Origin: Bacteroidota bacterium
Lineage (GTDB): Bacteria; Bacteroidota; Ignavibacteria; Kapaibacteriales; NICIL-2
Assembly: GCA_019695345.1 (NCBI GenBank)
Contig: JAIBAE010000004.1
Span: 39,765-103,764, forward strand
Length of the DNA stretch: 64,000 nt
Reading direction: 5' to 3'
The notes beneath the pieces were generated by a model. The model was given only the letters and a program-made list of their open reading frames with translations, did no database searches and had not been told where the DNA came from. Numbering within the stretch: the first letter of the stretch is position 1; every line of letters begins with the position of its first letter. This document shows, one piece after another, positions 1 through 10,584 of the stretch. The position numbers were made by a program, and so were the translations under genes.

Positions 1-3000
1 GATGGTAGAATACAACCCCATATTGCTATTACTGTAGCCATTAACAACAGTTGAATATAATGTATCAGCTTTGTTGTCGTTGCCGGATAGTATTGCTGAA
101 TACATTCCGGATGCTATTTGATTTGCAACCGTTCTTGAGTGTTGCAAATCCACAGCGTTAAAACCTCGTTTATTACCACCAAAGATATTTCCGTTTGCTG
201 CATCAAGGGTAAAAGCACCAGCTCCCTTTGGCGAAAACACAGCATCAATATCTGTTGCTGTTCCGTTTGCTTTTAGAATTGAATTGAAACGTACAGAGTT
301 AGGTGCGGTGCTATCTTGCCACGCAAAAAAACCATCAATATTCGAAACAGAAAAACTTGAAGGATTCGACCAACTCATTACTCCTGCTGTTGAGCTGCTT
401 AAAACTTGTCCATTGGTAGTTGGTGCGGCTGTTGGTAATGTATACGTCACATCTGCCGACTGCACTCCGGCCTTAAATGCAGTATAGTTCGTTCCGGCAG
501 CAGGGAAGTCTCCATCTGCCGCTTGTGCTTCAAAAAATTTTAGTTCGCTTGCTGTGTTGTCCGTATTTCCAAGCCAGAGATCAACGTTACCAAAGTATGC
601 TGTTTTAGGTTCATTTATAAACACACTATCTGGACTGCTCGGATTCGTTCCTCCGTTAAAGCCAAATGAGCCATCAGCCAATGACCCGAATCTCAATCTA
701 TACCCCCCAGGAACCGATGAAAAATCGGCTGTAGAGTTATTCCAATAACCACCAACCGTGCTAACAAACCCACCGGAAACATTAGTCAATCCACCTGTGA
801 CAGTAGAACCAGAGCCACTTGCTGTGTTTAATGCACCACCAGGTATTACTGAGTTCGCACCACTTGCTGTGTTGATAGATCCTCCACCAACAGTTGAGTT
901 CTGACCTGATGCAGTGTTTACTTGACCTCCGGCTATTGTAGAATTTTGTCCAGATGCTACTTCTGACGAGCTACTTCGTAATAATTGCATGTCAACCGCC
1001 CATTGGCCTCTAGGGTTACCACCAGTTGCCGTTCCATCTGGTTTGTTAACAACAAGAGCACCGTTACCTTTGGGAACTAAAGCTAATGTAATGTTCGCAG
1101 TGCTACCGTTATCTGCTCGAATAGCTACTGTGTTTATAGGCGGTGCCTCTAAATCATCAATAACAATTGCGCTGCCCTGTACGGTATCGCCTGTTGCATT
1201 ATGATAACGGGTAAGTTGATTATCTGTAACTGTACCAAGTGTAACAACATCGCCGGTTGCATTGCTTGGAGTGCTCCACCCCAAGGTAACATTATTACCG
1301 CTAACGCCTGTTGCTGTTAAAACCTGATTTGTACTTGGCGTAGTACCGGGCAACGTCCACGTAATATCTGCTGTTTGAGTTCCAGCTTTTAGCGCGGTAT
1401 AGTTGGTGCCTGAAGCAGGGAAAGCGCCAGTTGTAGATTGTGACTCGTAAAAACGAATGGATGACGCAGAGTTTTTTGTGTTGCCTAACCAAAAATCTGT
1501 ATTACCAAAGTATGCGACACCTGCTTGAACAAGTGTAACAGTATCAGAAGCAGTAAATGGTCTGTGGTAAGCAAGGATACCTACGTTGTTGAGTTTCAGT
1601 AAACCTCCCCCTAACACAGTAGAACCAGGCATTGTAGTACTGCCATAAGCATCAATAATAATTCCACCAGTAGAAGTATTATTGCTTCCTCCTAAGATTA
1701 TTCCGCCTGAACTTACACCGTTTACAACATTGTCTGCTCCACCTAAAGTAACTCCATAAGGGTTATCAACGATATTATCGCTGCCACCTAGCGCTACAGC
1801 ATATAAAGATGAAGCTGTATTCCGATAACCGCCAACTAAGGCGGAATAATCACCGCTTGCAACTTGTGTTGCAGAAATTCTAGCAATCTGTAAATCAACT
1901 GCATTAATGCCGCGTGCATTTCCGCCTGTTGCTGCTCCGTCTGGTTTATCGGCTATCAAAGCTCCGTTGCCTTTGGGAGCAAGAACTAAGGAAATGTTTG
2001 CCGTACTACCATCATCAGCTTTAATTGTTACATTGTTTTGTGTTGATGTTGTATAGTCATCAATAACAATTGCACTTGATTGAATGGTATCACCACTTGT
2101 ATTATGGTACCGTGTTAATTGATTATCAGCAACTGTACCTAATGTAATTACATCACCACTTCCACCTGCATCAGTACTTGGCTCCCACTGTGATGTAGTG
2201 TTATTCCATTTCAATACCTGACCATTTGTTGGAGCCGTGGATGCAACAGTTCTATTCTGCAACTTTACTACATTCGGGTTTGGATACGTTCCGCTCAAGT
2301 CTCCACCGGCAGCTCCGGATGCTGTAATTGTTGAAGGTATCCAAGCAGTGCCACTCCATACTAATGTTTGTCCGGACGTTGGGGCAGCACCAGATACATC
2401 TCTATTTTGAATCCTAACCACACTCGGGTTTGGATACGTTCCACTTAAATCACCGCCGGCTGTTCCACTTGCACTCACTGTTGAAGGCGTCCACGATGTT
2501 CCATTCCATACTAAAGCTTGCCCTGTTGTAGCAGACATTTGATTCAGCTTCGCAGACGTCACCGAGCCATCGGCTAACTTAGTTGTCGTCACATTGCCGT
2601 CCAGAATCTTTGCTGTTGTAATAGCGTTTACCGCGACACTTGGGTTAGGATACGTCCCTGTTAAATCTCCACCTGCCGAACCACTTATAGATACTGCACT
2701 CGGAGCCCACGCTGTACCATTCCACACTAATGCTTGTCCGGTTGTTGGTGCAGTACTCGATATGTCTCTCGTTTGTAACTTTACTACATTCGGGTTAGGA
2801 TACGTTCCGCTTAAATCTCCACCTGCAGCCCCTGATGCTGTTATCGTTGAAGGTATCCAAGCAGCGCCACTCCATACTAATGTTTGTCCGGACGTTGGGG
2901 CAGCACCAGACACATCTCTATTTTGAATCCTAACTACATTTGGATTTGGATATGTACCGCTTAAATCTCCACCGGCTGTTCCACTTGTTGTAACTGTTGT

Positions 3001-6000
3001 CGGAGTCCATGCGGTTCCATTCCATACTAACGACTGCCCGCTTGTAGCTGACATCTGATGCAATTTTGAAGATGTTACTGAACCATCGGTAATCTTCGCA
3101 GTAGTAACAGCATTATTCGCTAGTTTTGCTGTCGTAATAGAACCATCCGTTACACCAATTGCACCGGCTGTTATATTAATCGCATCACCTGCTGTATATA
3201 CATCACCATTATCTGTCGATGGTGTCCATGCCGTTCCATTCCATTTTAACACCTGTCCGTTTGTAGCCGACATCTGGTTCAACTTCGCAGACGTTACAGA
3301 ACCATCCGCGAGTTTAGGAGTTGTTACATTAGCATCAGTAATCTTAACTGTCGTTACAGCATTGTTCGCTAGTTTTGCTGTCGTAATAGAACCATCTGTT
3401 ACTCCAATTGCACCGGCTGTAATGTTAATAGCATCACCTGCGGTATATACATCACCATTATCTGTCGATGGTGTCCATGCTGTGCCATTCCATTTTAACA
3501 CCTGTCCGTTTGTAGCAGACATCTGATTCAACTTCGCAGAGGTTACAGAACCATCAGCAAGTTTTGGTGTTGTTACATTAGCATCGGTAATCTTAGCTGT
3601 CGTAACAGCATTGGTAGCAAGTTTAGCTGTTGTGATTGAACCATCAGTTACGCCAATTGCTCCTGCTGTTATGTTAATAGCATCACCTGCTGTGTACACA
3701 TCACCATTATCTGTCGATGGTGTCCATGCCGTGCCATTCCACTTTAACACCTGTCCGCTTGTAGCCGACATCTGATTCAACTTCGCAGAGGTTACTGAAC
3801 CATCAGCAAGTTTTGGCGTTGTTACATTAGCATCGGTAATCTTCGCAGTAGTAACAGCATTAGTAGCAAGTTTAGCTGTTGTGATTGAACCATCAGTTAC
3901 ACCAATTGCTCCTGCTGTTATGTTAATAGCATCACCTGCTGTGTACACATCACCATTATCTGTCGATGGTGTCCATGCAGTTCCATTCCATTTTAACACC
4001 TGTCCGTTTGTAGCCGACATCTGATTCAACTTCGCAGAGGTTACTGAACCATCAGCAAGTTTAGGTGTTGTTACATTAGCATCGGTAATCTTCGCAGTAG
4101 TAACAGCATTAGTAGCAAGTTTAGCTGTTGTGATTGAACCATCAGTTACGCCAATTGCTCCTGCTGTTATGTTAATAGCATCACCTGCTGTGTACACATC
4201 ACCATTATCAGTCGATGGTGTCCATGCAGTTCCATTCCATTTTAACACCTGTCCGTTTGTAGCCGACATCTGATTCAACTTCGCAGATGTTACAGAACCA
4301 TCAGCAAGTTTAGATGTGGTTACATTAGCATCGGTAATCTTAGCAGTAGTAACAGCATTGGTAGCAAGTTTAGCTGTGGTTATGGAACCATCAGTTACAC
4401 CAATTGCACCGGCTGTAATATTGATAGCATCACCTGCTGTATACACATCACCATTATCTGTTGATGGTGTCCACGCTGTACCATTCCACTTCAACACTTG
4501 TCCGCTTGTTGGAGCTGTACTCGATACATCACGTGTTTGCAGTTTAACCACATTCGGGTTTGGATATGTGCCACTTAAATCCCCACCTGCTGTTCCACTT
4601 GTACTTACTGTTGTTGGTGCCCAAGCTGTTCCATTCCACACTAACGATTGCCCTGTTGTAGCAGACATCTGGTTCAACTTTGCAGAGGTTACTGAACCAT
4701 CGGCAAGTTTAGGTGTAGTTACATTAGCATCGGTAATCTTTGCTGTTGTCACAGCATTAGTAGCAAGTTTAGCTGTCGTTATTGAACCATCGGTTACTCC
4801 AATCGCTCCTGCTGTAATGTTAATAGCATCACCTGCTGTATATACATCTCCATTATCTGTTGATGGTGTCCATGCCGTGCCATTCCATTTTAATACCTGC
4901 CCGCTTGTAGCCGACATTTGATTCAACTTCGCAGAGGTAACAGAGCCATCTGCGAGTTTAGATGTAGTTACGTTAGCATCGGTAATCTTAACAGTCGTAA
5001 CAGCATTGGTAGCAAGCTTGGCTGTTGTGATTGAACCATCAGTTACACCAATTGCACCGGCTGAAATGTTAATAGCATCACCTGCAGTATATACATCACC
5101 ATTATCTGTCGATGGTGTCCATGCTGTACCATTCCACTTCAACACCTGCCCACTCGTTGCCGACATCTGGTTCAACTTCGCAGAGGTTACAGAACCATCG
5201 GCAAGTTTAGGTGTGGTTACATTAGCATCAGTAATTTTTGCTGTAGTAACAGCATTAGTAGCAAGTTTAGCTGTTGTGATTGAACCATCAGTTACACCAA
5301 TTGCACCAGCTGTTATATTGATAGCATCGCCCGCTGTATATACATCTCCATTATCTGTTGATGGAGTCCACGCCGTGCCATTCCACTTTAACACCTGTCC
5401 GCTTGTAGCCGACATTTGATTCAACTTCGCAGAGGTTACTGAACCATCAGCAAGTTTTGGCGTTGTTACATTAGCATCGGTAATCTTCGCAGTAGTAACA
5501 GCATTATTCGCAAGTTTAGCTGTTGTGATTGAACCATCAGTTACGCCAATTGCTCCTGCTGTTATGTTAATAGCATCACCTGCTGTGTACACATCACCAT
5601 TATCTGTTGATGGTGTCCATGCCGTTCCATTCCATTTCAACACCTGTCCGTTTGTAGCCGACATCTGATTCAACTTCGCAGATGTTACTGAACCATCAGC
5701 AAGTTTAGGTGTAGTTACGTTAGCATCGGTAATCTTAGCTGTTGTCACTGCATTGGTAGCCAGTTTAGCTGTGGTGATAGAACCATCGGTTACTCCAATC
5801 GCACCGGCTGTAATGTTAATAGCATCACCGGCTGTATACACATCGCCATTATCTGTCGATGGTGTCCATGCTGTTCCATTCCACTTCAACACTTGTCCAT
5901 TTGTTGCACCTTTTTGTGCGATAGTTGGTGCAGGATATGTTCCTGTTAAATCACCGGAAGCGGTTGTTGAGTTTGTTATATCATTACTTGCATCTGTATC

Positions 6001-7692
6001 TCCTGTGTTGGTTACAACTCCAGCCGTAATGTTAATTCCAGTTCCGGCTGTATATGTTTGTCCGTCATCATTTGCAGGTTGCCATGATGTGCCATTCCAC
6101 TTTAATACTTGGTTATTGGTTGCACCTTTTTGCGCCAATGTTGGGTTAGGGTATGTTCCCGTTAAATCTCCACCGGCAGAACCACTTGTTTGTGGCGTTA
6201 CGGGTATCCACGCACTTCCGTTCCATCCTAATACCTGACCATTGCTTGCACCTTTTTGTGCTATGGTTGGATTTGGGTACGTTCCGGCTAAATCTCCACC
6301 TGCAACACCGCTGCTTCCTGTGTTTATGGTAACCGGTTCCCATGAGTTTGTTGTAGCATTAAACTGTAACAACTGTCCGTTGGTTGGAGTGGTTGATGAT
6401 ACATTTACATTCTGAATCTTCTCAACTTTAAGATTGTTAAACACACCACTTACATCTCCACCTGCGGTTGATGTTATGGTAACATCGTTTGTTGAATCAG
6501 CATCACCGGTGTTAAGTATCAACGCACCGTTTATAGAAATACCTCTACCTGCGTTGTACACCTGACCGTTATCATTATCAGGTTGCCATGATGTACCGTT
6601 CCATTTTAGTACCTGACCATTTATTGCACCTTTTTGTGCCAAAGCTGGTGCAGGGTAGGTGCCGGATAAATCACCTCCGGCAGTGGTAGCGGTTGTAATG
6701 TCATTGTTAGGGTCGGTATCTCCCGTGTTGCTAATTGTGCTGCCGTTTATTGATATACCTCCACCGGCATTGTATATCTGTCCGTCATCATTAGCAGGTT
6801 GCCATGCAGTTCCTGTCCATTTTAATACTTGTCCATTGGCAGCACCTTTTGGTGCTAACGTAGGATTGGGATATGAACCTGTTAAATCACCGTCTGCCGA
6901 ACCGGATGGTGGTAGGGAAGTAGGAATCACTCCTGTTGCTAATTTGTTGGAGGTTATTGCGCCATTCTGAATTTTAGTTGTTCCTATCGAGCCATCTGCA
7001 ATTTCTACGTCCGCACCGGTGGATGTAAGCGTCACTTTAATCGAACCATCGGTACTTGTTATGGTTGTTATTCCGGTTGATGTAGATGAGATGCGTAATG
7101 TATTTCCAACTGTACTAACCGTTGTACCACCTTCGCCAAGAATACTAATTCTACCTTGCAGGTTGTTTAGACTTAGTACAACGTTTTTGGCATTGTCGGA
7201 AATCTCATTTGCTATGAGCGCAGTATCGCTTGTTCTTGAGTGCCCGGCTACAGAAGCAGAATCACTTAACAAAGCTTTTGTTGCATATGTAGCAGAGTCT
7301 GCATTGATTGCTTTTAATGCACTTAATGCAAATGGAACACTTACCAATGGTACACGAGGTGTCATTTCTTGCTGACCTTCAATTTGCACCGATAACCAAT
7401 ACGGCTTATCAAAAGCAAGGTTAAGAAGAGTTTTGTTTCCTAAAATTGCATCAAACACACCTTGGAATGTAACAACGGTTTGTTGTTCAGCCCACAACTC
7501 ATTTCCATTCGTTTCCGAATCGTACATTCTAAAGGTAACATTGTATTGTGCATCGGGCACGGGGTCGTTGTTTGGTAACGCAAGCGCACCCTGATAGTTT
7601 ATGGTCTTGGGTATCTGCGCTGTTGCATCCATAGTAAATGCACAGAATAAAACCATGAGTGTGAACAACAATGTATAAAATGTACTTTTCAT
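1..7692 (-). CDS. Giant repeat-rich secreted surface protein (tail-fibre/adhesin-like), paralog of the 28813..42132 gene. Partial: the C-terminus lies beyond the window start.
   Basis: The reverse complement of 7692 reads ATG AAA AGT ACA..., giving M-K-S-T-F-Y-T-L-L-F-T-L-M-V-L-F-C-A-F-T-M, a signal peptide. No in-frame minus-strand ORF with a stop is listed in the ORF track across 1..7692, consistent with a frame that stays open past the window edge. The plus-strand ORFs at 2594-6970 give the same peptides as the antisense ORFs inside gene B, so the coding strand here is minus. Tandem DNA repeats of 240 bp run from about 3060 to 5700. The N-terminal segment resembles gene B's N-terminus (NYQGxL..., ...PYWL..., ...SVPYAL...). 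Confidence 0.7.
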   Translation of the reverse strand, partial: MKSTFYTLLFTLMVLFCAFTMDATAQIPKTINYQGALALPNNDPVPDAQYNVTFRMYDSETNGNELWAEQQTVVTFQGVFDAILGNKTLLNLAFDKPYWLSVQIEGQQEMTPRVPLVSVPFALSALKAINADSATYATKALLSDSASVAGHSRTSDTALIANEISDNAKNVVLSLNNLQGRISILGEGGTTVSTVGNTLRISSTSTGITTITSTDGSIKVTLTSTGADVEIADGSIGTTKIQNGAITSNKLATGVIPTSLPPSGSADGDLTGSYPNPTLAPKGAANGQVLKWTGTAWQPANDDGQIYNAGGGISINGSTISNTGDTDPNNDITTATTAGGDLSGTYPAPALAQKGAINGQVLKWNGTSWQPDNDNGQVYNAGRGISINGALILNTGDADSTNDVTITSTAGGDVSGVFNNLKVEKIQNVNVSSTTPTNGQLLQFNATTNSWEPVTINTGSSGVAGGDLAGTYPNPTIAQKGASNGQVLGWNGSAWIPVTPQTSGSAGGDLTGTYPNPTLAQKGATNNQVLKWNGTSWQPANDDGQTYTAGTGINITAGVVTNTGDTDASNDITNSTTASGDLTGTYPAPTIAQKGATNGQVLKWNGTAWTPSTDNGDVYTAGDAINITAGAIGVTDGSITTAKLATNAVTTAKITDANVTTPKLADGSVTSAKLNQMSATNGQVLKWNGTAWTPSTDNGDVYTAGDAINITAGAIGVTDGSITTAKLANNAVTTAKITDANVTTPKLADGSVTSAKLNQMSATSGQVLKWNGTAWTPSTDNGDVYTAGDAINITAGAIGVTDGSITTAKLATNAVTTAKITDANVTTPKLADGSVTSAKLNQMSATSGQVLKWNGTAWTPSTDNGDVYTAGDAINISAGAIGVTDGSITTAKLATNAVTTVKITDANVTTSKLADGSVTSAKLNQMSATSGQVLKWNGTAWTPSTDNGDVYTAGDAINITAGAIGVTDGSITTAKLATNAVTTAKITDANVTTPKLADGSVTSAKLNQMSATTGQSLVWNGTAWAPTTVSTSGTAGGDLSGTYPNPNVVKLQTRDVSSTAPTSGQVLKWNGTAWTPSTDNGDVYTAGDAINITAGAIGVTDGSITTAKLATNAVTTAKITDANVTTSKLADGSVTSAKLNQMSATNGQVLKWNGTAWTPSTDNGDVYTAGDAINITAGAIGVTDGSITTAKLATNAVTTAKITDANVTTPKLADGSVTSAKLNQMSATNGQVLKWNGTAWTPSTDNGDVYTAGDAINITAGAIGVTDGSITTAKLATNAVTTAKITDANVTTPKLADGSVTSAKLNQMSATSGQVLKWNGTAWTPSTDNGDVYTAGDAINITAGAIGVTDGSITTAKLATNAVTTAKITDANVTTPKLADGSVTSAKLNQMSATNGQVLKWNGTAWTPSTDNGDVYTAGDAINITAGAIGVTDGSITTAKLANNAVTTVKITDANVTTPKLADGSVTSAKLNQMSATNGQVLKWNGTAWTPSTDNGDVYTAGDAINITAGAIGVTDGSITTAKLANNAVTTAKITDGSVTSSKLHQMSATSGQSLVWNGTAWTPTTVTTSGTAGGDLSGTYPNPNVVRIQNRDVSGAAPTSGQTLVWSGAAWIPSTITASGAAGGDLSGTYPNPNVVKLQTRDISSTAPTTGQALVWNGTAWAPSAVSISGSAGGDLTGTYPNPSVAVNAITTAKILDGNVTTTKLADGSVTSAKLNQMSATTGQALVWNGTSWTPSTVSASGTAGGDLSGTYPNPSVVRIQNRDVSGAAPTSGQTLVWSGTAWIPSTITASGAAGGDLSGTYPNPNVVKLQNRTVASTAPTNGQVLKWNNTTSQWEPSTDAGGSGDVITLGTVADNQLTRYHNTSGDTIQSSAIVIDDYTTSTQNNVTIKADDGSTANISLVLAPKGNGALIADKPDGAATGGNARGINAVDLQIARISATQVASGDYSALVGGYRNTASSLYAVALGGSDNIVDNPYGVTLGGADNVVNGVSSGGIILGGSNNTSTGGIIIDAYGSTTMPGSTVLGGGLLKLNNVGILAYHRPFTASDTVTLVQAGVAYFGNTDFWLGNTKNSASSIRFYESQSTTGAFPASGTNYTALKAGTQTADITWTLPGTTPSTNQVLTATGVSGNNVTLGWSTPSNATGDVVTLGTVTDNQLTRYHNATGDTVQGSAIVIDDLEAPPINTVAIRADNGSTANITLALVPKGNGALVVNKPDGTATGGNPRGQWAVDMQLLRSSSSEVASGQNSTIAGGQVNTASGQNSTVGGGSINTASGANSVIPGGALNTASGSGSTVTGGLTNVSGGFVSTVGGYWNNSTADFSSVPGGYRLRFGSLADGSFGFNGGTNPSSPDSVFINEPKTAYFGNVDLWLGNTDNTASELKFFEAQAADGDFPAAGTNYTAFKAGVQSADVTYTLPTAAPTTNGQVLSSSTAGVMSWSNPSSFSVSNIDGFFAWQDSTAPNSVRFNSILKANGTATDIDAVFSPKGAGAFTLDAANGNIFGGNKRGFNAVDLQHSRTVANQIASGMYSAILSGNDNKADTLYSTVVNGYSNSNMGLYSTI

Positions 7693-7955
7693 AAGTACTC
7701 CAAGTAAGTGAAATACAATTTTCTAATATCAATTCTGTTGGGCAATACCTTTTGCATCATAGCTATTACTATGAGTACAGAAAAGGAACACCCGCTCAGT
7801 TTAACGTGGTAAGAACGGTCTATCCAAGATTACAATTTACGTCCCTGACTAAACTACGGTAAGAGTAGAACTACGTAATTGAGTAGTTCTTTGTAAAAAT
7901 AGGGCTATTTCATTCCGTTGGCAAGACATTCTTTAGGTAATTTTTCTAAGTCTAA

Positions 7956-8188
7956 CAGATAGGTTTTTGCTAACGCAGGACGGCAGCGCCCCAATTCAAT
8001 CAAAAACACTCATTTTGCCGATAAGAACCTCAACTTTCCCGGCTACCTTTATCATGGAGAAATAACAGTAAAAATGCCGGCGTAAACGATAAACACATTT
8101 TGCTTGCAGGGGGAGCTGTCCCGCAATACGGTGGTAGGTAAAAGCAGGTCATCAGGTGCGGTCGGGCGAAAGCAAAAAAAAGGTGTGC
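7956..8188. repeat. Composite palindromic copy of the intergenic A/B element family: a degenerate forward half at 7964-7990 and a reverse half at 8116-8181.
   Basis: tttttgctaacgcaggacggcagcgcc ... ctgtcccgcaa ... ggtgcggtcgggcgaaagcaaaaaaaa. Confidence 0.5.
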
Positions 8189-8212
8189 TGAACTACAACA
8201 CACCTTTAACGT
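8176..8212 (-). terminator. Rho-independent terminator for proS.
   Basis: On the minus strand: aaaggtgtgttgtagttcagcacacctttttttttgc. A 7 bp GC-containing stem is followed by a T-run immediately 3' of the proS stop. Confidence 0.6.
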
Positions 8213-8224
8213 TGCAGGTAAAAA

Positions 8225-9694
8225 TTAATATGCTTTGGCGAACAAAACGCGCTGTGCCGATGGCTTGCCCGAGTACACGCATACGCCTTGCTCTTGTGGG
8301 TTATCCAACGGAATGCAACGGATGGTTGCTTTGGTTGCATCTTTTATTGCTTCTTCGGTTTCCGGAGTGCCATCCCAGTGTGCGCTTATAAAGCCACCTT
8401 TGGTTTCCAGAACATTTTTGAATTCATCGAATGTATCTACGTTGGTGATATGTTCATCGCGATATTGTTTTGCACGGTTGAATAAATTCTGCTGAATTTC
8501 TTCCAGAAGATTAACCACATATTCTACAACAGAATTCATGCTGATAACAGTTTTCTCTTTGGTATCTCTGCGGGCAACTTCTACGGTGTTATTTTCAATA
8601 TCACGTTTGCCAATAGCAATACGCACAGGAACGCCACGCATTTCGTACTCGGCAAATTTGAAACCGCTACGTTTGGTGTCGTCGGTATCGTACTTAGCAC
8701 GAATACCACGCGACTTCAGGTTATCAAGAATAGAATTGGCAACGCCATCTACAACATCGCCTGTTGTTGGTATTGGAACAATAACAACCTGTAATGGTGC
8801 AAGACGTGGTGGTAACACCAAACCATCGTCATCGGAGTGCGTCATAATCAAGCCACCAATTAAACGCGTACTAACTCCCCACGAGGTAGCCCAAACGTAC
8901 TCTTGTTGATTTTGCGAGTTGAGATATTTAACTTCGAATGCTTTTGCAAAGTTTTGACCCAAAAAGTGCGATGTACCTGCCTGCAATGCTTTACCATCTT
9001 GCATCAACGCTTCAATACAATACGTATCTTCTGCTCCGGCAAAACGTTCGCTTTCGGTTTTAACACCTTTAATAACAGGCATAGCCATAAAGTTTTCGGC
9101 AAAGTCTGCATATACATTTAGCATACGTACGGTTTCCTCACGTGCTTCTTCGCTTGTTGCATGCGCGGTGTGTCCTTCTTGCCAAAGGAATTCGGCAGTA
9201 CGTAAAAACGGACGGGTGCGCATTTCCCAACGGACAACGTTTGCCCATTGGTTTATAAGCAATGGCAAATCGCGGTAGCTCTGAATCCAATCTCGGTACG
9301 TGTTCCAGATAATTGCCTCGCTTGTTGGGCGAACTACTAATTCCTCTTCCAATTTAGCGGCGGGGTCAACAATAAGTTTGCCTTTGTGTTCAGTATCTGC
9401 CTTTAAACGGTAATGCGTTACCACGGCACATTCTTTTGCAAAGCCCTCTGCATTTTTTTCTTCTGCTTCAAATAAACTTTTTGGTACAAACAACGGGAAG
9501 TACGCATTAACGTGACCTGTGTCCTTAAACATCCGGTCGAGCGCATCGCGCATGTTTTCCCAAATGGCATAACCTGTAGGTTTAATAACCATACAACCGC
9601 GCACAGCAGAGTTATCCGCCAACTGTGCTTTTTTAACAATATCCAAATACCACGCAGAGTAATCTTCCGCTCTTGGTGTTATTTCCTTTGCCAT
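8225..9694 (-). CDS. proS: Prolyl-tRNA synthetase, archaeal/eukaryotic-type class II ProRS.
   Basis: Translation begins [27 protein letters not shown]... The likely start is the internal Met at 9694. Class II motifs and the C-terminal Zn/anticodon region are typical of the Bacteroidota-type ProRS. Confidence 0.9.
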   Translation of the reverse strand: MAKEITPRAEDYSAWYLDIVKKAQLADNSAVRGCMVIKPTGYAIWENMRDALDRMFKDTGHVNAYFPLFVPKSLFEAEEKNAEGFAKECAVVTHYRLKADTEHKGKLIVDPAAKLEEELVVRPTSEAIIWNTYRDWIQSYRDLPLLINQWANVVRWEMRTRPFLRTAEFLWQEGHTAHATSEEAREETVRMLNVYADFAENFMAMPVIKGVKTESERFAGAEDTYCIEALMQDGKALQAGTSHFLGQNFAKAFEVKYLNSQNQQEYVWATSWGVSTRLIGGLIMTHSDDDGLVLPPRLAPLQVVIVPIPTTGDVVDGVANSILDNLKSRGIRAKYDTDDTKRSGFKFAEYEMRGVPVRIAIGKRDIENNTVEVARRDTKEKTVISMNSVVEYVVNLLEEIQQNLFNRAKQYRDEHITNVDTFDEFKNVLETKGGFISAHWDGTPETEEAIKDATKATIRCIPLDNPQEQGVCVYSGKPSAQRVLFAKAY

Positions 9695-9774
9695 AACAAA
9701 CTTTCTACTGCAAATAATGAAACGTACATAATCAACTACATACAAATGTACGAAGTTCGGCTGCAAGTACGGTA

Positions 9775-9820
9775 TTTGCTATCGCGGGACGGCACCAAAC
9801 GTTCTTGTACGGGCAGAATT
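9775..9820 (+). repeat. Degenerate A/B element, forward, just upstream of the proS start.
   Basis: tttgctatcgcgggacggcaccaaa ... gtacgggcagaa. Confidence 0.4.
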
Positions 9821-9941
9821 TCTGCCCCAACTGCCTTTATACTGCCGGAGAGAAAGTTGAGTTATAACAATATATTCAGTCTTCTGAAACATAAGAGTTG
9901 TGGCTTTGTCATATTATGAAAACTCAATCTATGGATATGTT

Positions 9942-10406
9942 ATGATTAAGCTACTTCCAATTGTTGTCACAATGCTGCTTTATTCTGAAACTCTGTTTGC
10001 CGATGGCAAGTCGTTCTTTCCCGATTTTAGCGTTAATGCAGGAGTCAAACTTGGGTATCAATGGAGTAAAAAAAGTAGTTTTATATGGGGTGTGGAAGTA
10101 AGTGCAGTATATAACAACAGAGTTAACTGTATTTATGGAATTGTACTTGATATGGATAAAGGTGACTTTGGTAGTAAAGTACATATTGGTGCGCAGGCAT
10201 CAATACTGTATGGCGGTGCAGAGATTGGACCAACCTTTTTTACATTTAGAGATGGTAAAAAAGAAACAGGTTGGGGAATATCTATTTTTAGTGGTTTGTT
10301 ATTATATCCCAACTATACATTCTCATTTACAAATACCGATGTCACCATCCACGAATTGGATTTGCTTATTAAATATCCTGCCTTTCAGTACTTTAAAACA
10401 TATTAG
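9942..10406 (+). CDS. Hypothetical small secreted or outer-membrane protein.
   Basis: The ORF is 9900..10406. The likely start is MIKLLPIVVTMLLYSETLFA, a signal peptide. Alternating hydrophobic residues are rich in Y, G and F and look beta-barrel-like. The gene is flanked by A/B elements at 9775 (forward) and 10570 (reverse). Confidence 0.45.
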   Translation: MIKLLPIVVTMLLYSETLFADGKSFFPDFSVNAGVKLGYQWSKKSSFIWGVEVSAVYNNRVNCIYGIVLDMDKGDFGSKVHIGAQASILYGGAEIGPTFFTFRDGKKETGWGISIFSGLLLYPNYTFSFTNTDVTIHELDLLIKYPAFQYFKTY

Positions 10407-10507
10407 AATAGTATTCTTCTAATTGTTACAATTACAGATTCAGTGTTGTTTTTTCATCAACACAGACCCGTTTTTGTTTTCAGAAACATACGTTCAGAAA
10501 AAAGCGG

Positions 10508-10570
10508 TATTTTCCCGCCGCCAGAGGGCGGGGTAATTGGTGCCTTTTGGTGCGGTCCGGCGATAGCAAA
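10508..10570 (-). repeat. Intergenic A/B element, reverse copy, 15 bp upstream of the 10585 start.
   Basis: ttttcccgccgcc ... ggtgcggtccggcgatagcaaa. Confidence 0.55.
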
Positions 10571-10584
10571 TAATACAGTGAACC

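Noticed and set aside
284-7375. Many plus-strand ORFs of 60-200 aa rich in V/A/T/S/P (for example 4316..4921 and 5753..6238).
   Set aside because: They are antisense frames of the minus-strand giant repeat gene. Identical peptides appear as minus-strand ORFs inside gene B, so these are repeat artefacts and not genes.
8104-9919. Plus-strand ORFs overlapping proS (8235..8495, 8538..8909 and 9512..9919).
   Set aside because: They are antisense to a highly conserved aminoacyl-tRNA synthetase gene and show no protein-like features.
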